A stretch of 64,000 bases of DNA from Gemmatimonadales bacterium. GTDB lineage: Bacteria; Gemmatimonadota; Gemmatimonadetes; Gemmatimonadales; GWC2-71-9. Of this stretch, positions 8,835 to 18,560 are shown in pieces (positions within the stretch are counted from its first letter, which is position 1; every line of letters starts with the position of its first letter). The position numbers were made by a program, and so were the translations under genes. The stretch lies in NCBI GenBank assembly GCA_965249575.1, contig OZ252244.1, forward strand, positions 3,072,001 through 3,136,000. The letters run 5' to 3'. The notes beneath the pieces were generated by a model. The model was not told where the DNA came from and searched no databases. It saw only the letters and a program-made list of their open reading frames with translations.

Positions 8835-11800
8835 ATGAGGTACAGACTTAGTCTGGCAGTCGCTGCGCTGCTCGTGTTTGGCGCAAGCCACGCGGTAGCG
8901 CAGACCCGCCTGATTACCGGGCGGGTGACAGATTCCCTGACCTCCGAGATCATCACCTCGGGTCAGGTGGCGGTACAGGGTACCACTATCAGCTCAACGA
9001 TCAACGACGACGGGACGTTCACTCTTGGCGTGCCGACTCGTGACGTGATGCTGACCATTCGCAGCATCGGTTTCCAGCGGCGCGACGTACGGGTCGCTGC
9101 GAATCAGAACTCGGTCCAGGCCGCGCTCGAGCGGGACTTCTTCCAGCTCGAGGCGATCGTGGTGACCGGGCAAGCGACGGGCGTCGAGCGCCGCAATCTG
9201 GCGAACGCCGTGGCCTCGGTGACCGCGGCCGAGCTCACCAAGGTGCCGGCAGCGAGCATTGAGGCACAGCTCACCGGGAAGCTCGCCGGTGCGAACATCC
9301 AGTCCAACTCCGGTGCTCCCGGCGGCGGGATGCAGATGCGGCTTCGCGGCGTCTCGTCCATTCTTGGCGCGGCAACTCCGCTGTACGTGATCGACGGCGT
9401 CATCGCCAGCGATGTCGCGATCCCGACCGGCGTGACGTCGCTGACCAAGGGCTGCAGCCGGTGCATTGCCAGCGTTCAGGACGATCCGATCAACCGGATC
9501 AGCGACATCAACCCGAACGACATCGAGAGCGTCGAGGTTCTGAAGGGCGCCTCGGCCTCGGCGATCTACGGGTCGAAGGCCGCCAACGGCGTGGTGATCA
9601 TCACCACCAAGAAGGGCCGCATCGGCGCCCCGCAGTTCACCATCTCGCAGAAGTTCGGGACCTACGACCTCAGCAAGAAGCTCGGTAAGCGGCTCTACGA
9701 GTCGAGAGCGGAGGCGGAACAGCAGCACGGGACGACCGGCGGCACCGAGTGGCAGCTGCAGGCCGATCACTGCAATTGCTCTCCCTTCTTCGACCACGAC
9801 CAGCACGTGGGCGGGTACAATCCACTGTCCTACGAGACCTCAGCCAGCATCAGCGGCGGAACGGAGACCACCCGGTACTACGTCTCGGGCTTGGTCAAGA
9901 GCGACGGTGGGATTATCCTCAACACCGGCTATGACAAGCAGTCGCTCCGGTTGAACATCGACCAGGCGATCGGCGACCGGTTGAACTTCAGCATCGCCTC
10001 GACGGCCGCGCACATCAGGGCCGGCCGGGGCTTCAACAACAACGACAACACCGGCGTGAGCCTCTACATGACGATGGGAGGCGTGCCCAGCTTCTTCGAC
10101 ATGCGGAAGCCGTGCGACCGCGATTCCGGTGATCTCGGCTACAACGCGTCCTGCGACGGCCCGGGGAACGTCTACCCCATCAATCCGTTCGCGGAGAGCA
10201 ATCTGCTGCAGACGCAAGAGCTGGCTGAGAACAGGGAGAACGTGTACCGCTTCTTGACCGCGGCGCGCCTGTCGTGGGACGCCGTCACCACGCCGCAGCA
10301 CAACCTGCGGTTCCTGGTGAACGGTGGCGTCGACTACTTCACCCAGAAGAACGAGATCTTCGGCCCGGCCGAGCTCCAGTTCGAGCCCAAGGACAACCTG
10401 CCGGGCACGTACATGCTCTCGAGCTCCTACAGCCAGCAGCTCAACCTGAACACCAACCTGGTGTACACCTTCACGCCGGCGAGCGGGGCTTTCTCGGCCA
10501 CCACGTCGCTGGGTGCGCAGTCCGAGTACCGCGACCTCGACATCAGCCGCGCGCGCGCCGAGAACCTGGTCGGCGGCATCTTCAACATCGGGCGCGGCAC
10601 GGTGCTCCGGAACGAAGAAGAAAAGGAGCGGGTGCAGGACGCCGGCTTCTTCGCGCAGGAAGAGTTCCTGACGCTGGGCGACCGGCTCCTGTTGACCGCC
10701 GGCGTCCGGGCCGACCGGAGCAGCAGCAATTCTGACATCGACAAGTTCCACTTCTATCCGAAGACGTCAGCCTCCTTCCGGTTCCCCGTGGGCGGAGCCA
10801 TCGACGAGATCAAGTTCCGCGCCGCGTATGGCCAGTCCGGCAACCAGCCGAAGTACGGACAGAAGTTCTCGGAGCTGACAGCGGCTGCCGTATCGGGGCT
10901 CGCGGCGATCACCGTAGGGGATGCCGTCGCAGATCCGGAGATGAAGCCTGAGCGGCAGGAAGAATTTGAGGGCGGCATCGACGTTACCTTTGCGGGCGGC
11001 CGTGCGACCCTGGAGGCCACCGTCTACCAGAAGAACACGAAGGACCTGCTCCTCGAGCGGAACCTGGCCGAGTCCCAGGGCTTCCGGTTCCAGATCTTCA
11101 ACGGCGGACAGATGCGGACGCGGGGCCTCGAGGGCGTGTTGGCCCTCGCTCCCATCCAGACCCCATCGATCCAGTGGACCTCCCGCGCCACGTTCACCCT
11201 GGACCGGACGAAGATCATCGAGCTGCCGGTACCGCGCTTCCGTGCTGGCGGGTTCGGGTTCACCTACGGCGGGTTCTACATCGAAGAGGGGCGGTCCCCC
11301 ACGATGCTGTGGGGCCGTTCCGAAGACGCATCGGGCAACCTCGTCGAGACCGCCTTTTCGGACGTCAACCCGGACTTCCGGATCGGCTTCTCGAACGACT
11401 TCACCTACAAGGCGATCAGCGTGTATTCGCTGTTTGATTGGCAGCAGGGCGGCACCACCAACAACCTCACGAAGACGCTGTACGACCTCGGCGGGAACTC
11501 GCACGACTGGGACGTCGTCGTGGGGCAGGATGCGATGGGGAATGACATCCTGAACGGCGGGGATCGCTTCCAACGCTTCCTGAGGCGAACGGCCGTCTAC
11601 TTCGAGGACGCGACCTTCCTCAAGCTGCGCGAGCTGACGCTGTCGGTCGAGCTGCCGCGGTCCTTCGTCAACAGCTTCTGGAGCGGGGCGCGGTACGTCC
11701 GGATCGGCGCGAGCGGGCGGAACCTGGTGACGTGGACCGGCTACAGCGGCCACGATCCTGAAGTCAGTAACCACGGGAACAACGCCGTGAACCGGAACCT

Positions 11801-11861
11801 GGATACCGGACCGTATCCGCCGAGCCGCCAGTTCTGGTTCAGCGTCGACGTGGGGTTCTAA
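8835..11861 (+). CDS. susC: SusC/RagA-family TonB-dependent outer-membrane transporter
   Basis: Start moved to ATG 8835 (MRYRLSLAVAALLVFGASHAVA signal peptide). Plug motif DINPNDIESVEVLKGASASAIYGSKAANGVVIITTKKG; terminal SVDVGF. Confidence 0.95.
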   Translation: MRYRLSLAVAALLVFGASHAVAQTRLITGRVTDSLTSEIITSGQVAVQGTTISSTINDDGTFTLGVPTRDVMLTIRSIGFQRRDVRVAANQNSVQAALERDFFQLEAIVVTGQATGVERRNLANAVASVTAAELTKVPAASIEAQLTGKLAGANIQSNSGAPGGGMQMRLRGVSSILGAATPLYVIDGVIASDVAIPTGVTSLTKGCSRCIASVQDDPINRISDINPNDIESVEVLKGASASAIYGSKAANGVVIITTKKGRIGAPQFTISQKFGTYDLSKKLGKRLYESRAEAEQQHGTTGGTEWQLQADHCNCSPFFDHDQHVGGYNPLSYETSASISGGTETTRYYVSGLVKSDGGIILNTGYDKQSLRLNIDQAIGDRLNFSIASTAAHIRAGRGFNNNDNTGVSLYMTMGGVPSFFDMRKPCDRDSGDLGYNASCDGPGNVYPINPFAESNLLQTQELAENRENVYRFLTAARLSWDAVTTPQHNLRFLVNGGVDYFTQKNEIFGPAELQFEPKDNLPGTYMLSSSYSQQLNLNTNLVYTFTPASGAFSATTSLGAQSEYRDLDISRARAENLVGGIFNIGRGTVLRNEEEKERVQDAGFFAQEEFLTLGDRLLLTAGVRADRSSSNSDIDKFHFYPKTSASFRFPVGGAIDEIKFRAAYGQSGNQPKYGQKFSELTAAAVSGLAAITVGDAVADPEMKPERQEEFEGGIDVTFAGGRATLEATVYQKNTKDLLLERNLAESQGFRFQIFNGGQMRTRGLEGVLALAPIQTPSIQWTSRATFTLDRTKIIELPVPRFRAGGFGFTYGGFYIEEGRSPTMLWGRSEDASGNLVETAFSDVNPDFRIGFSNDFTYKAISVYSLFDWQQGGTTNNLTKTLYDLGGNSHDWDVVVGQDAMGNDILNGGDRFQRFLRRTAVYFEDATFLKLRELTLSVELPRSFVNSFWSGARYVRIGASGRNLVTWTGYSGHDPEVSNHGNNAVNRNLDTGPYPPSRQFWFSVDVGF

Positions 11862-11863
11862 CC

Positions 11864-13306
11864 ATGGATGCCACTTTCAAGTGTCGCGTTAAGCGACTGA
11901 CGAAATCAGGGGTGGGCGCCGCGCTCGTGGCGGCGCTCCTCTCCGGAGGTTGTTCGGATTTCAACATCCCGAACCTGAACCAGCCGTCGGTGGAGGACCT
12001 CGCGACTAACCCGACGCCCTCCGCCATCAGACAGGGTGCGATCGGCCTGCTCCACGACACGCGGGAGGCAACGCAAAACATTGGCCGCACTATGGGGCAC
12101 TGGGGGCGCGAGGGGTACAGCCTGAACGTGCCCCAGGGCGGCATCGGGTCCATCATCGCGGGGCCCTTCTCGCCAGCATCCACGCGGGGCGAGTGGCGGA
12201 CGGCGTGGAGGAACATTCGCACTGCCAATGTGATCCTCGACGCGCTGGACGTTGTCGATGGACTGACCGCCGCAGAAATCGAAGGCGTGCGGGGATTCAC
12301 CAAGACGCTCATGGCGTATGACTTCGGGCACCTGATCTTCAACAAGAAGCCGTTCGGCATCCCGATCGACGTCAATATTGATCCAACGGGTGATCCGGCG
12401 GCGATCGCCCCAACCCCCGCGGTCTACCTCCGCATCATCGCCCTGCTCGACGAGGGGGTGAACCACCTCAACAACGCGGGCAGCGCTTTCACGATGGATT
12501 TGCCGAGCGGACTGGCCGATTTCGACACGCCGGCCACGTTCATCGCGTTCAACCGGGCCCTCAAGGCCCGGGCCCAGGTCCATTCGGATGACTTCGCGGG
12601 CGCGTTGTCCACGCTTGCCCAGTCGTTCGTGGATACGGCCATGCCCCTGACCTTCGGCGCGTATCACAACTTCGCCACGGCTACGGGCGACCGCGCGAAC
12701 CGGCTGTTCTCGCCGGCGTTCCACTACGCCGATATCAGCTTCAGGGACAACGTGCAGTTCCAAGATCCCCCGACCAACCTGATCAGGGACCAGCGTTCCA
12801 TCGACAAGACGGTGGATCGCACCCTGCTGACGTTGAGCGGTGTGACCTCGGACCTCGAGTTCACGATCTACCAGGCCACCGGCGATCCGATCCCGTGGAT
12901 CAAGAACGAGGAGCTGATCCTCCTTCGGGCGGAAGCCAACCTCGCAGGGGGAACCGGGGCGACCTTCGCTGCCGCGCGTGACGACATCAACTTCGTTCGG
13001 CAGAACGCGGGCAATCTCCCGGCCATCACCGCGGCTGCATGGGCGGCAATGACCCCCGCAGCTCGTATCATGGAGCTGCTCTACAATAAGCGCATGTCGC
13101 TCCCCTGGGAGTACGGCCACTCGTGGTTCGACCACAACCACTACCACGATCTGCATGGCTCGCTCTCGTGGTTGCCGAATCAGCACCCGCTGCCGCCGCA
13201 CAACCACAACCAGTTCAGGGGCGCCCCGTTTCCCTCGGCTGAGTGCGAGGCACGGACCAACAGGGCTTCGCTGCTGGGATGCGGTACGGTCGAGGGTATC
13301 TTCTAG
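11864..13306 (+). CDS. susD: RagB/SusD-family lipoprotein
   Basis: Lipobox LLSGGC, IKNEELILLRAEA motif, begins 2 nt after the susC stop. Confidence 0.92.
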   Translation: MDATFKCRVKRLTKSGVGAALVAALLSGGCSDFNIPNLNQPSVEDLATNPTPSAIRQGAIGLLHDTREATQNIGRTMGHWGREGYSLNVPQGGIGSIIAGPFSPASTRGEWRTAWRNIRTANVILDALDVVDGLTAAEIEGVRGFTKTLMAYDFGHLIFNKKPFGIPIDVNIDPTGDPAAIAPTPAVYLRIIALLDEGVNHLNNAGSAFTMDLPSGLADFDTPATFIAFNRALKARAQVHSDDFAGALSTLAQSFVDTAMPLTFGAYHNFATATGDRANRLFSPAFHYADISFRDNVQFQDPPTNLIRDQRSIDKTVDRTLLTLSGVTSDLEFTIYQATGDPIPWIKNEELILLRAEANLAGGTGATFAAARDDINFVRQNAGNLPAITAAAWAAMTPAARIMELLYNKRMSLPWEYGHSWFDHNHYHDLHGSLSWLPNQHPLPPHNHNQFRGAPFPSAECEARTNRASLLGCGTVEGIF

Positions 13307-13319
13307 CAAGCCGGTAAGG

Positions 13320-13393
13320 TCCTACGCGAAGCCCGCGTAGGAGTGAAAACGACACCCCCGCGGCACGCCAGCCGCGGGGGTGGTTTCGTTTTG
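13320..13393 (+). terminator. Tandem hairpins; the second is a Rho-independent terminator
   Basis: TCCTACGCG-AAGCC-CGCGTAGGA, then ACCCCCGCGGC-ACGCCA-GCCGCGGGGGT followed by GGTTTCGTTTT. Confidence 0.8.
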
Positions 13394-13548
13394 TGGTGAA
13401 GGGCGACTAGCTCGGCCTTCAGGGCGGCTTCGGTCCGGACCTGTACAGTATCTGAGGTGTATTAACAGTGTTGGCGAGAAGGGTATACGTAGTATTGAGG
13501 GGTGAAGAGGAGCCCCTTCGGTTTAAGTGCTCAATGGGGTACTCCATC

Positions 13549-13941
13549 ATGAAGAACTCGTCATGGACATTCGGATTGGCCGCCACGGTTCTCCTGGTCG
13601 GCACCCCGCTCACCGCCGACGCTCAGGGGCGGCTGATTCTCGGGCGAGTGAGTGATTCCGTAACAGCCGGTCCCGTACAGATCGGTCAGGTGTACCTGGT
13701 GGGTACGGAAACCAGAACGCCGCTCAATGCGGACGGCACTTTTGTCGTCCACGCTCCCCATCAGGACGTCAAGCTTGCGGTGTTCGCTGCCGGGTACGAG
13801 CCGAGAGAGATCGAGGTTCCGCGAAAACAGCGAGCCGTCATCCTCGCGCTCCCGCCCGGAGACTACGTCTGTGGTGACAGTCTCCCAACGGACGTAGCCG
13901 CGAGAGATCTGTCCGCACTGTTTGAAGACCGAAGGCGGTAG
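13549..13941 (+). CDS. Secreted carboxypeptidase-regulatory-like domain protein (SusC N-terminal fragment)
   Basis: ATG 13549 MKNSSWTFGL..; aligns by eye with the next gene and both SusC N-termini (GRVSDSVT..GQV..DGTF); diverges after DY. Confidence 0.7.
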   Translation: MKNSSWTFGLAATVLLVGTPLTADAQGRLILGRVSDSVTAGPVQIGQVYLVGTETRTPLNADGTFVVHAPHQDVKLAVFAAGYEPREIEVPRKQRAVILALPPGDYVCGDSLPTDVAARDLSALFEDRRR

Positions 13942-13999
13942 CTGCTGGCGCTTCGCCCGCCAGCCGTCTCGGGTGGACTAGGTACACGAGGGACGCGAC

Positions 14000-14800
14000 A
14001 TGAAGACACATTCTTGGACACTCAGCCTGGCGGCGAGCCTACTGCTCGTGACGACGCCGGTCGTTGCGGAGGCGCAAGCACGCCTCATTCTCGGGCGCGT
14101 CAGCGATTCGGTGACAGCCGACCCCGTACAGTTGGGCCAGGTGCATCTGCTGGGGACTGAGATCGGGGCACCGCTCAATCCCGACGGCACGTTCGTCATC
14201 TATGTGCCATATCGGGAGGTCACGCTTTCGATTCGGGCCCTCGGCTACCAGGCGAGGGAAGTCGTGGTTCCCCGAAAGAAGGAAACCGTAATCCTCACTC
14301 TCGAGCGAGACTACTTCCAGCTGGATGAGATCGTCGTGAGCGGCCAGGCCACCGGCGTTCGACGGCGGCACTCGGCGAACGCCATTGGCGTCGTAAGGGG
14401 CGATGAGCTTTCGCGCGTTCCCGCCCAAACCGTGGAGTCGGCGCTCAAGGGCAAGGTCGCCGGCGTTCACATCGCGAGCAACTCCGGGGCTCCTGGTGGC
14501 GGGCTCCGGTGGACGCTTCGGGGCGTGAGCTCGATCCTCGGCAACAACGATCCTCTCTTCGTGGTTGACGGCGTCGTGATCAGCAACGCCAAGATCCCGG
14601 GCGGCGTCAACGCGATCACTCAGGGACAGCGCGGCGTGATCGCCTCCATGCAAGAGAATCCCGGCAACCGGCTGGGCGACCTCAACCCGAACGACATCGC
14701 CAGCATCGAGATTCTCAAAGGAGCATCCGCGTCCGCCATGTATGGCTCGAAGGCGTCGAACGGCGTGGTCATCATCACCACGAAGCGCGGGGGATACTAG
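14000..14800 (+). CDS. Barrel-less SusC-like protein (N domain plus plug only)
   Basis: Signal peptide, RDYFQLDEIVVSGQATG, complete plug motif ending TTKRGGY-stop; no room for a barrel before the convergent gene. Confidence 0.85.
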   Translation: MKTHSWTLSLAASLLLVTTPVVAEAQARLILGRVSDSVTADPVQLGQVHLLGTEIGAPLNPDGTFVIYVPYREVTLSIRALGYQAREVVVPRKKETVILTLERDYFQLDEIVVSGQATGVRRRHSANAIGVVRGDELSRVPAQTVESALKGKVAGVHIASNSGAPGGGLRWTLRGVSSILGNNDPLFVVDGVVISNAKIPGGVNAITQGQRGVIASMQENPGNRLGDLNPNDIASIEILKGASASAMYGSKASNGVVIITTKRGGY

Positions 14801-14917
14801 TATAGGGGGTAGGGGATAGGGGGTAGGGGTGTGTAGAGAGCGGTAGGGCGGCGCGAGGCTGTCCTACCGCCTCTTGCATCCCCCACCCCCCTATCCCCTA
14901 CTTATCCCTATCCCCTA
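14798..14917. repeat. Long inverted repeat of TAGGGG(G)/(C)CCCCTA heptamer units around a GC hairpin; probable bidirectional terminator
   Basis: GGGGGTAGGGGATAGGGGGTAGGGG (14805-14829), inner stem GCGGTAGGGCGGC/GCTGTCCTACCGC (14840-14870), mirror C-tracts 14880-14915, between convergent stops. Confidence 0.8.
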
Positions 14918-16716
14918 CCGAACAGCCGGCGGAGCCACCCGCGGGGCCCCGCATGGGCCGGTGGAACGGTCTCGCTTGCCTCATGTTGTTGCATGGCGCT
15001 CGCCAGAAGCGCGCGGTAGGCCCGTGCGTCGGGGAAGCGATCCTCGGGGAACCTTGCTGCCCCCCTAGTCAGGATCTGTGCGAGCGGCGGCGGCACGTGC
15101 GGACAGTCACGACGAATATCGGGCAGTCCCTCTACCGCCTGCCGGGCGGCGATACTCTCGGCAGGTCCACTGCCCCACGGGGCGCGTCCGGTTATGGCGA
15201 AAAAAGTGACCGCCGTCAGGGAGAACAGATCCGTTCGCGCATCGACCGACTCGCCGAGCAGCTGCTCCGGGGATGCGAATTCGGGCGTCCCAGCCTGGCT
15301 TGAGGCGCCTGCGTACCACTCTGATCCTCTGAACGCGAGCGCCAGCCCGAAATCGGCGATCCGGACGCTCCCGTCGGAACCGTCCAAGAGCACGTTCTCG
15401 GGCTTGATGTCCCGATGCACCACATCCCTCTCGTGCGCGTGCGCCAACGCACCTAGGGCTTGATCCAAGAGCCGTGCCGCATCGGTCACCGAGAGAGGTC
15501 CGCCCTCCTGCACTCTGTGAGTCAGGCTATATCCCGGAACGTAGGCCATGGTGTACCAGAACAGGCCGGCCCGCCCATTGATGTCATAAATACTGACGAT
15601 GTTGGGGTGTGACAGGCTGGCGGCGAGCTGGGCCTCGCGGTGGAAGCGCTCGACCACCGCCTGATCGGCAGTGAAATAGGGGTGCAACAGCTTGAGCGCG
15701 ACGTCCCGCTCGAGCCGGAGGTCCCGAACGCGATAGACCCGGCCAAACCCACCCACGCCGAGCTCGTCCAATAGCTCGTAGTCGTCCCCGAGCGCCCGCC
15801 GAAGCCTTTTCTCCCACGAGCGAGCATCCTCCGTTCCGGCCCGTAGGGCAGGAGCCACCGTGATGGGAACGTCGAAATCGCCCAAGTCGGAAGCGAGATC
15901 ATCCCCCATCTCGGCGGCGGTGAGGTATCGCTGTTCTGGTTCGTGATGGAGTGCCCGCATGATGACCCGGTCGACGGCCCTGGGGCACGCGGGCCTGAGC
16001 TCCATTGGCGGCGGGGTGGCCCGCGGGTCCAGTGTCGGGTGCCGACCCGTGATGGCGAAGTAGAGCAGCGCGCCGGCCGTGTAGATGTCACTGGTCGGTT
16101 CGCCTGGCTTCCGCCCGCGCGCTTCCGGTGCCAGATAGGGCAGTCCGGTCTCGATCTGGCTTTCATGCACCAGGGGGAGGCAGGGATTGGCGTATCGCAA
16201 ATCGGTGATGAAGGCACGGTGAGTCCGGTGCAGGAGCAGGGTCTCCGGGAGGATGCGCCGGAGCACGATCCCTTCGGCGTGGGCGTACTCGAGCGCGCCC
16301 AGCAGGTCACGCGCAACGTCCACGACGACAGGGATCGGACGGGGACCGCGCCGCACCGCCTCCGCGAGATTCTCGCCCTCCACCCATTTGCTCAGCCGAT
16401 ACGCCCACTCGCCCTCGTGGCCTGCGGCGTACACCGGCCGAATGGACGGGTGGTCGAGCGCGGCGAGCAGCTCCGTCTCCGCAAGAAACCAGCGCCGACC
16501 CGGCGAGTCGGGCCTCGGGTGAATCCGAAGCGTAACATCACGCTTGAGAATCTCATCGCGCGCGTGAAACAGGATTCGGTCGTCGGCGAGGGCAATGGTG
16601 CGGAGGATCTGCAGGCGCCCTCGGAAGATCCTCTCCGCACGAGTGAAGAGCTCGGCGATCCCCGACCGATCGGGCGGCGGGCGTTGCTGGATGCTCGGTG
16701 CGGAGTCGCCGGTCAC
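14908..16716 (-). CDS. Tandem-domain Ser/Thr protein kinase (degenerate N-terminal domain plus intact C-terminal kinase)
   Basis: C domain has LGVGGFGRVY, VALK, HRDIKPEN, DFG, SPE. N domain keeps LDHPSI, YLAPE and SDIY but lacks catalytic motifs. Start uncertain (GTG 16716 chosen). Confidence 0.88.
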   Translation of the reverse strand: MTGDSAPSIQQRPPPDRSGIAELFTRAERIFRGRLQILRTIALADDRILFHARDEILKRDVTLRIHPRPDSPGRRWFLAETELLAALDHPSIRPVYAAGHEGEWAYRLSKWVEGENLAEAVRRGPRPIPVVVDVARDLLGALEYAHAEGIVLRRILPETLLLHRTHRAFITDLRYANPCLPLVHESQIETGLPYLAPEARGRKPGEPTSDIYTAGALLYFAITGRHPTLDPRATPPPMELRPACPRAVDRVIMRALHHEPEQRYLTAAEMGDDLASDLGDFDVPITVAPALRAGTEDARSWEKRLRRALGDDYELLDELGVGGFGRVYRVRDLRLERDVALKLLHPYFTADQAVVERFHREAQLAASLSHPNIVSIYDINGRAGLFWYTMAYVPGYSLTHRVQEGGPLSVTDAARLLDQALGALAHAHERDVVHRDIKPENVLLDGSDGSVRIADFGLALAFRGSEWYAGASSQAGTPEFASPEQLLGESVDARTDLFSLTAVTFFAITGRAPWGSGPAESIAARQAVEGLPDIRRDCPHVPPPLAQILTRGAARFPEDRFPDARAYRALLASAMQQHEASETVPPAHAGPRGWLRRLFGRG

Positions 16717-16972
16717 GACCAATAATAACGCAATCGCGTGAGACGCCGCGGGGTAGTGCCGGTCGCCGCGGCGAGTGCGGGGAGGGCCGGGTCGCGTGGC
16801 GTATCTGGTCGGACAGGCATGGCCGGCCCATATTGAACGGCTGGTCTCCCCACGCGACGCTCTGTGGACGCGGCGCCGTCGGCGCGTTGCGGAGGAAACC
16901 CCCATACCAGGGCCAACCGACTAGGGAGAGGCTGGAATGAGCGGTTCGCACGACTCGCGGAGGTGTCCCTAA

Positions 16973-18560
16973 ATGCCCTACCTGTTGGTGCGTGACGTTG
17001 GGAGTGGACACACCCGCGAGTTCGAGTTGTCCACTGTGCGATTGGGTCGAGCGCCCGGATGTGAGCTGCTCATCGCCGGCGAGGGAAGTGAGGTGTCCTC
17101 CGCCAACCACGCCCGCCTGTCTTTCCGGGGGGGGCATTGGTGGGTCGAAGATACGGGGAGCCGGAACGGGACCTACCTCGGCGATCGGCGGATCGGGCGG
17201 GGGAGACCGGCTGATGTTGGGGCAGGGGGGACCAGAGCTTCTGGTCGAACACGTGTCGGTTTCCGGTAGAGGACCGGCTCGTGCACCGGAACCGCCCGGC
17301 GACGAGACACCTCCCTCGAAGGAGGCGCTGCCCTCCGAGCCACCGCGGCGGAGCTTCGGGGGCAAAGGCGCGACGGTCTTCTTCCGGAAGGTCGTCGAGA
17401 CCAATCAAAAGAGTGCCGCCCGCCTGCGCTGGGTCGTCTGGTCCTTCGTGCTGATCAGTGTCGTGGCAACAGGGGGCGTGTATTGGTATAGCGAGCAGCG
17501 GGTTCGGGCCACCGAGTTGGCACTCGACGAACAGCGACGGGTCCTGGCGAGCCAGCAACGGGCTGCGGACTCCCTCCAGGTGGCTGCCGCCGAGGACTAT
17601 CGCCGGCTGAGATCGGAGCTGGAGGACGCCCGGAATTCCTCGGCACCGGCGGTGGTGGTCGACAGCTTGCGAACGGCGCTGGTCGAAGCGTCCCTGCGCA
17701 CGGAGGCGCTCGAGGCGGCGCTTTCGCGCGCCGAAAAAGCGCTCGCCGACCAACTCTCGGCGGGGGACTCGCTACGTCGGCACGCCCAGGGCGAGCTCGC
17801 TCGTCTGCGATCCGACCTGAGCCGGGCGACCGAGACCCGCGTGGCGACCGCGCTGCTCGACAGCTTGCGGGGGCCCGTCCGTGCGGCCGAGCAAAAAGCG
17901 GCTGGCGTCGATGCCCAGATCCGGGCAATCAAGGGAGCGAACCTAGCCTCCATCGCCCAGGCGAATCAGCGGGCGGTCGGTCTGGTTACCGCCTTTTTGG
18001 GGACCGAGATCTTCGACGGATCCGGCTTCGCAATCACGAAATCGGGGTACTTCGTCACCAACCGTCATGTCGCACGGCCGGGTGGAGCGATTCCCGACTC
18101 GCTGTACGTTACCATGGCCGACGAGCGGTTCATGAAACGCGCCGACATGGTCGCCTCAGCCCCACCAACCGGCCAGGACCTGGCGGTGCTACGCGTCCGG
18201 TCATACGAGGGGCCTTACGTGCAGCGTCTCGACTGGTCCGGTGCCCAGGCCCGACAGGGCGAGCCGGCAGCGTTAATCGGGTTTCCGGCGGGCATCGCGG
18301 CCGCCCTCGATCAGACCCGGACGGTTCGGACTTCCATGAGCGCGGGCATCTTCAGCAAGGTGACGCCCGAGCTGATCCAGTTCGATGGATTCACCGTCGG
18401 TGGGTCAAGCGGCAGTCCCGTGTTCAACGCCAACGGCGAGGTCGTGGCCATCCATCGCTCCGGGCTACGGGAGGCCGCGGGTCTTGGGTTCGCGGTGCCC
18501 GTCGCGCACCTCACACCACTCCTTCCACCCGACGCCAAGGCCGAGCTCGGCATTCGTTGA
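16973..18560 (+). CDS. FHA + TM + coiled-coil + trypsin-like (S1) protease; frame break near 17195
   Basis: FHA motifs LGR, VSSANHA, DTGSRNGT in ORF 16973. FHA end GDRLMLGQGGPELLV, TM helix and protease motifs TNRHV, QDLAVL, GGSSGSPV are in the frame of ORF 16992. Confidence 0.85.

Noticed and set aside
14798..14917. CRISPR array or IS end
   Set aside because: No repeat-spacer periodicity, and no cas or transposase gene in the window.
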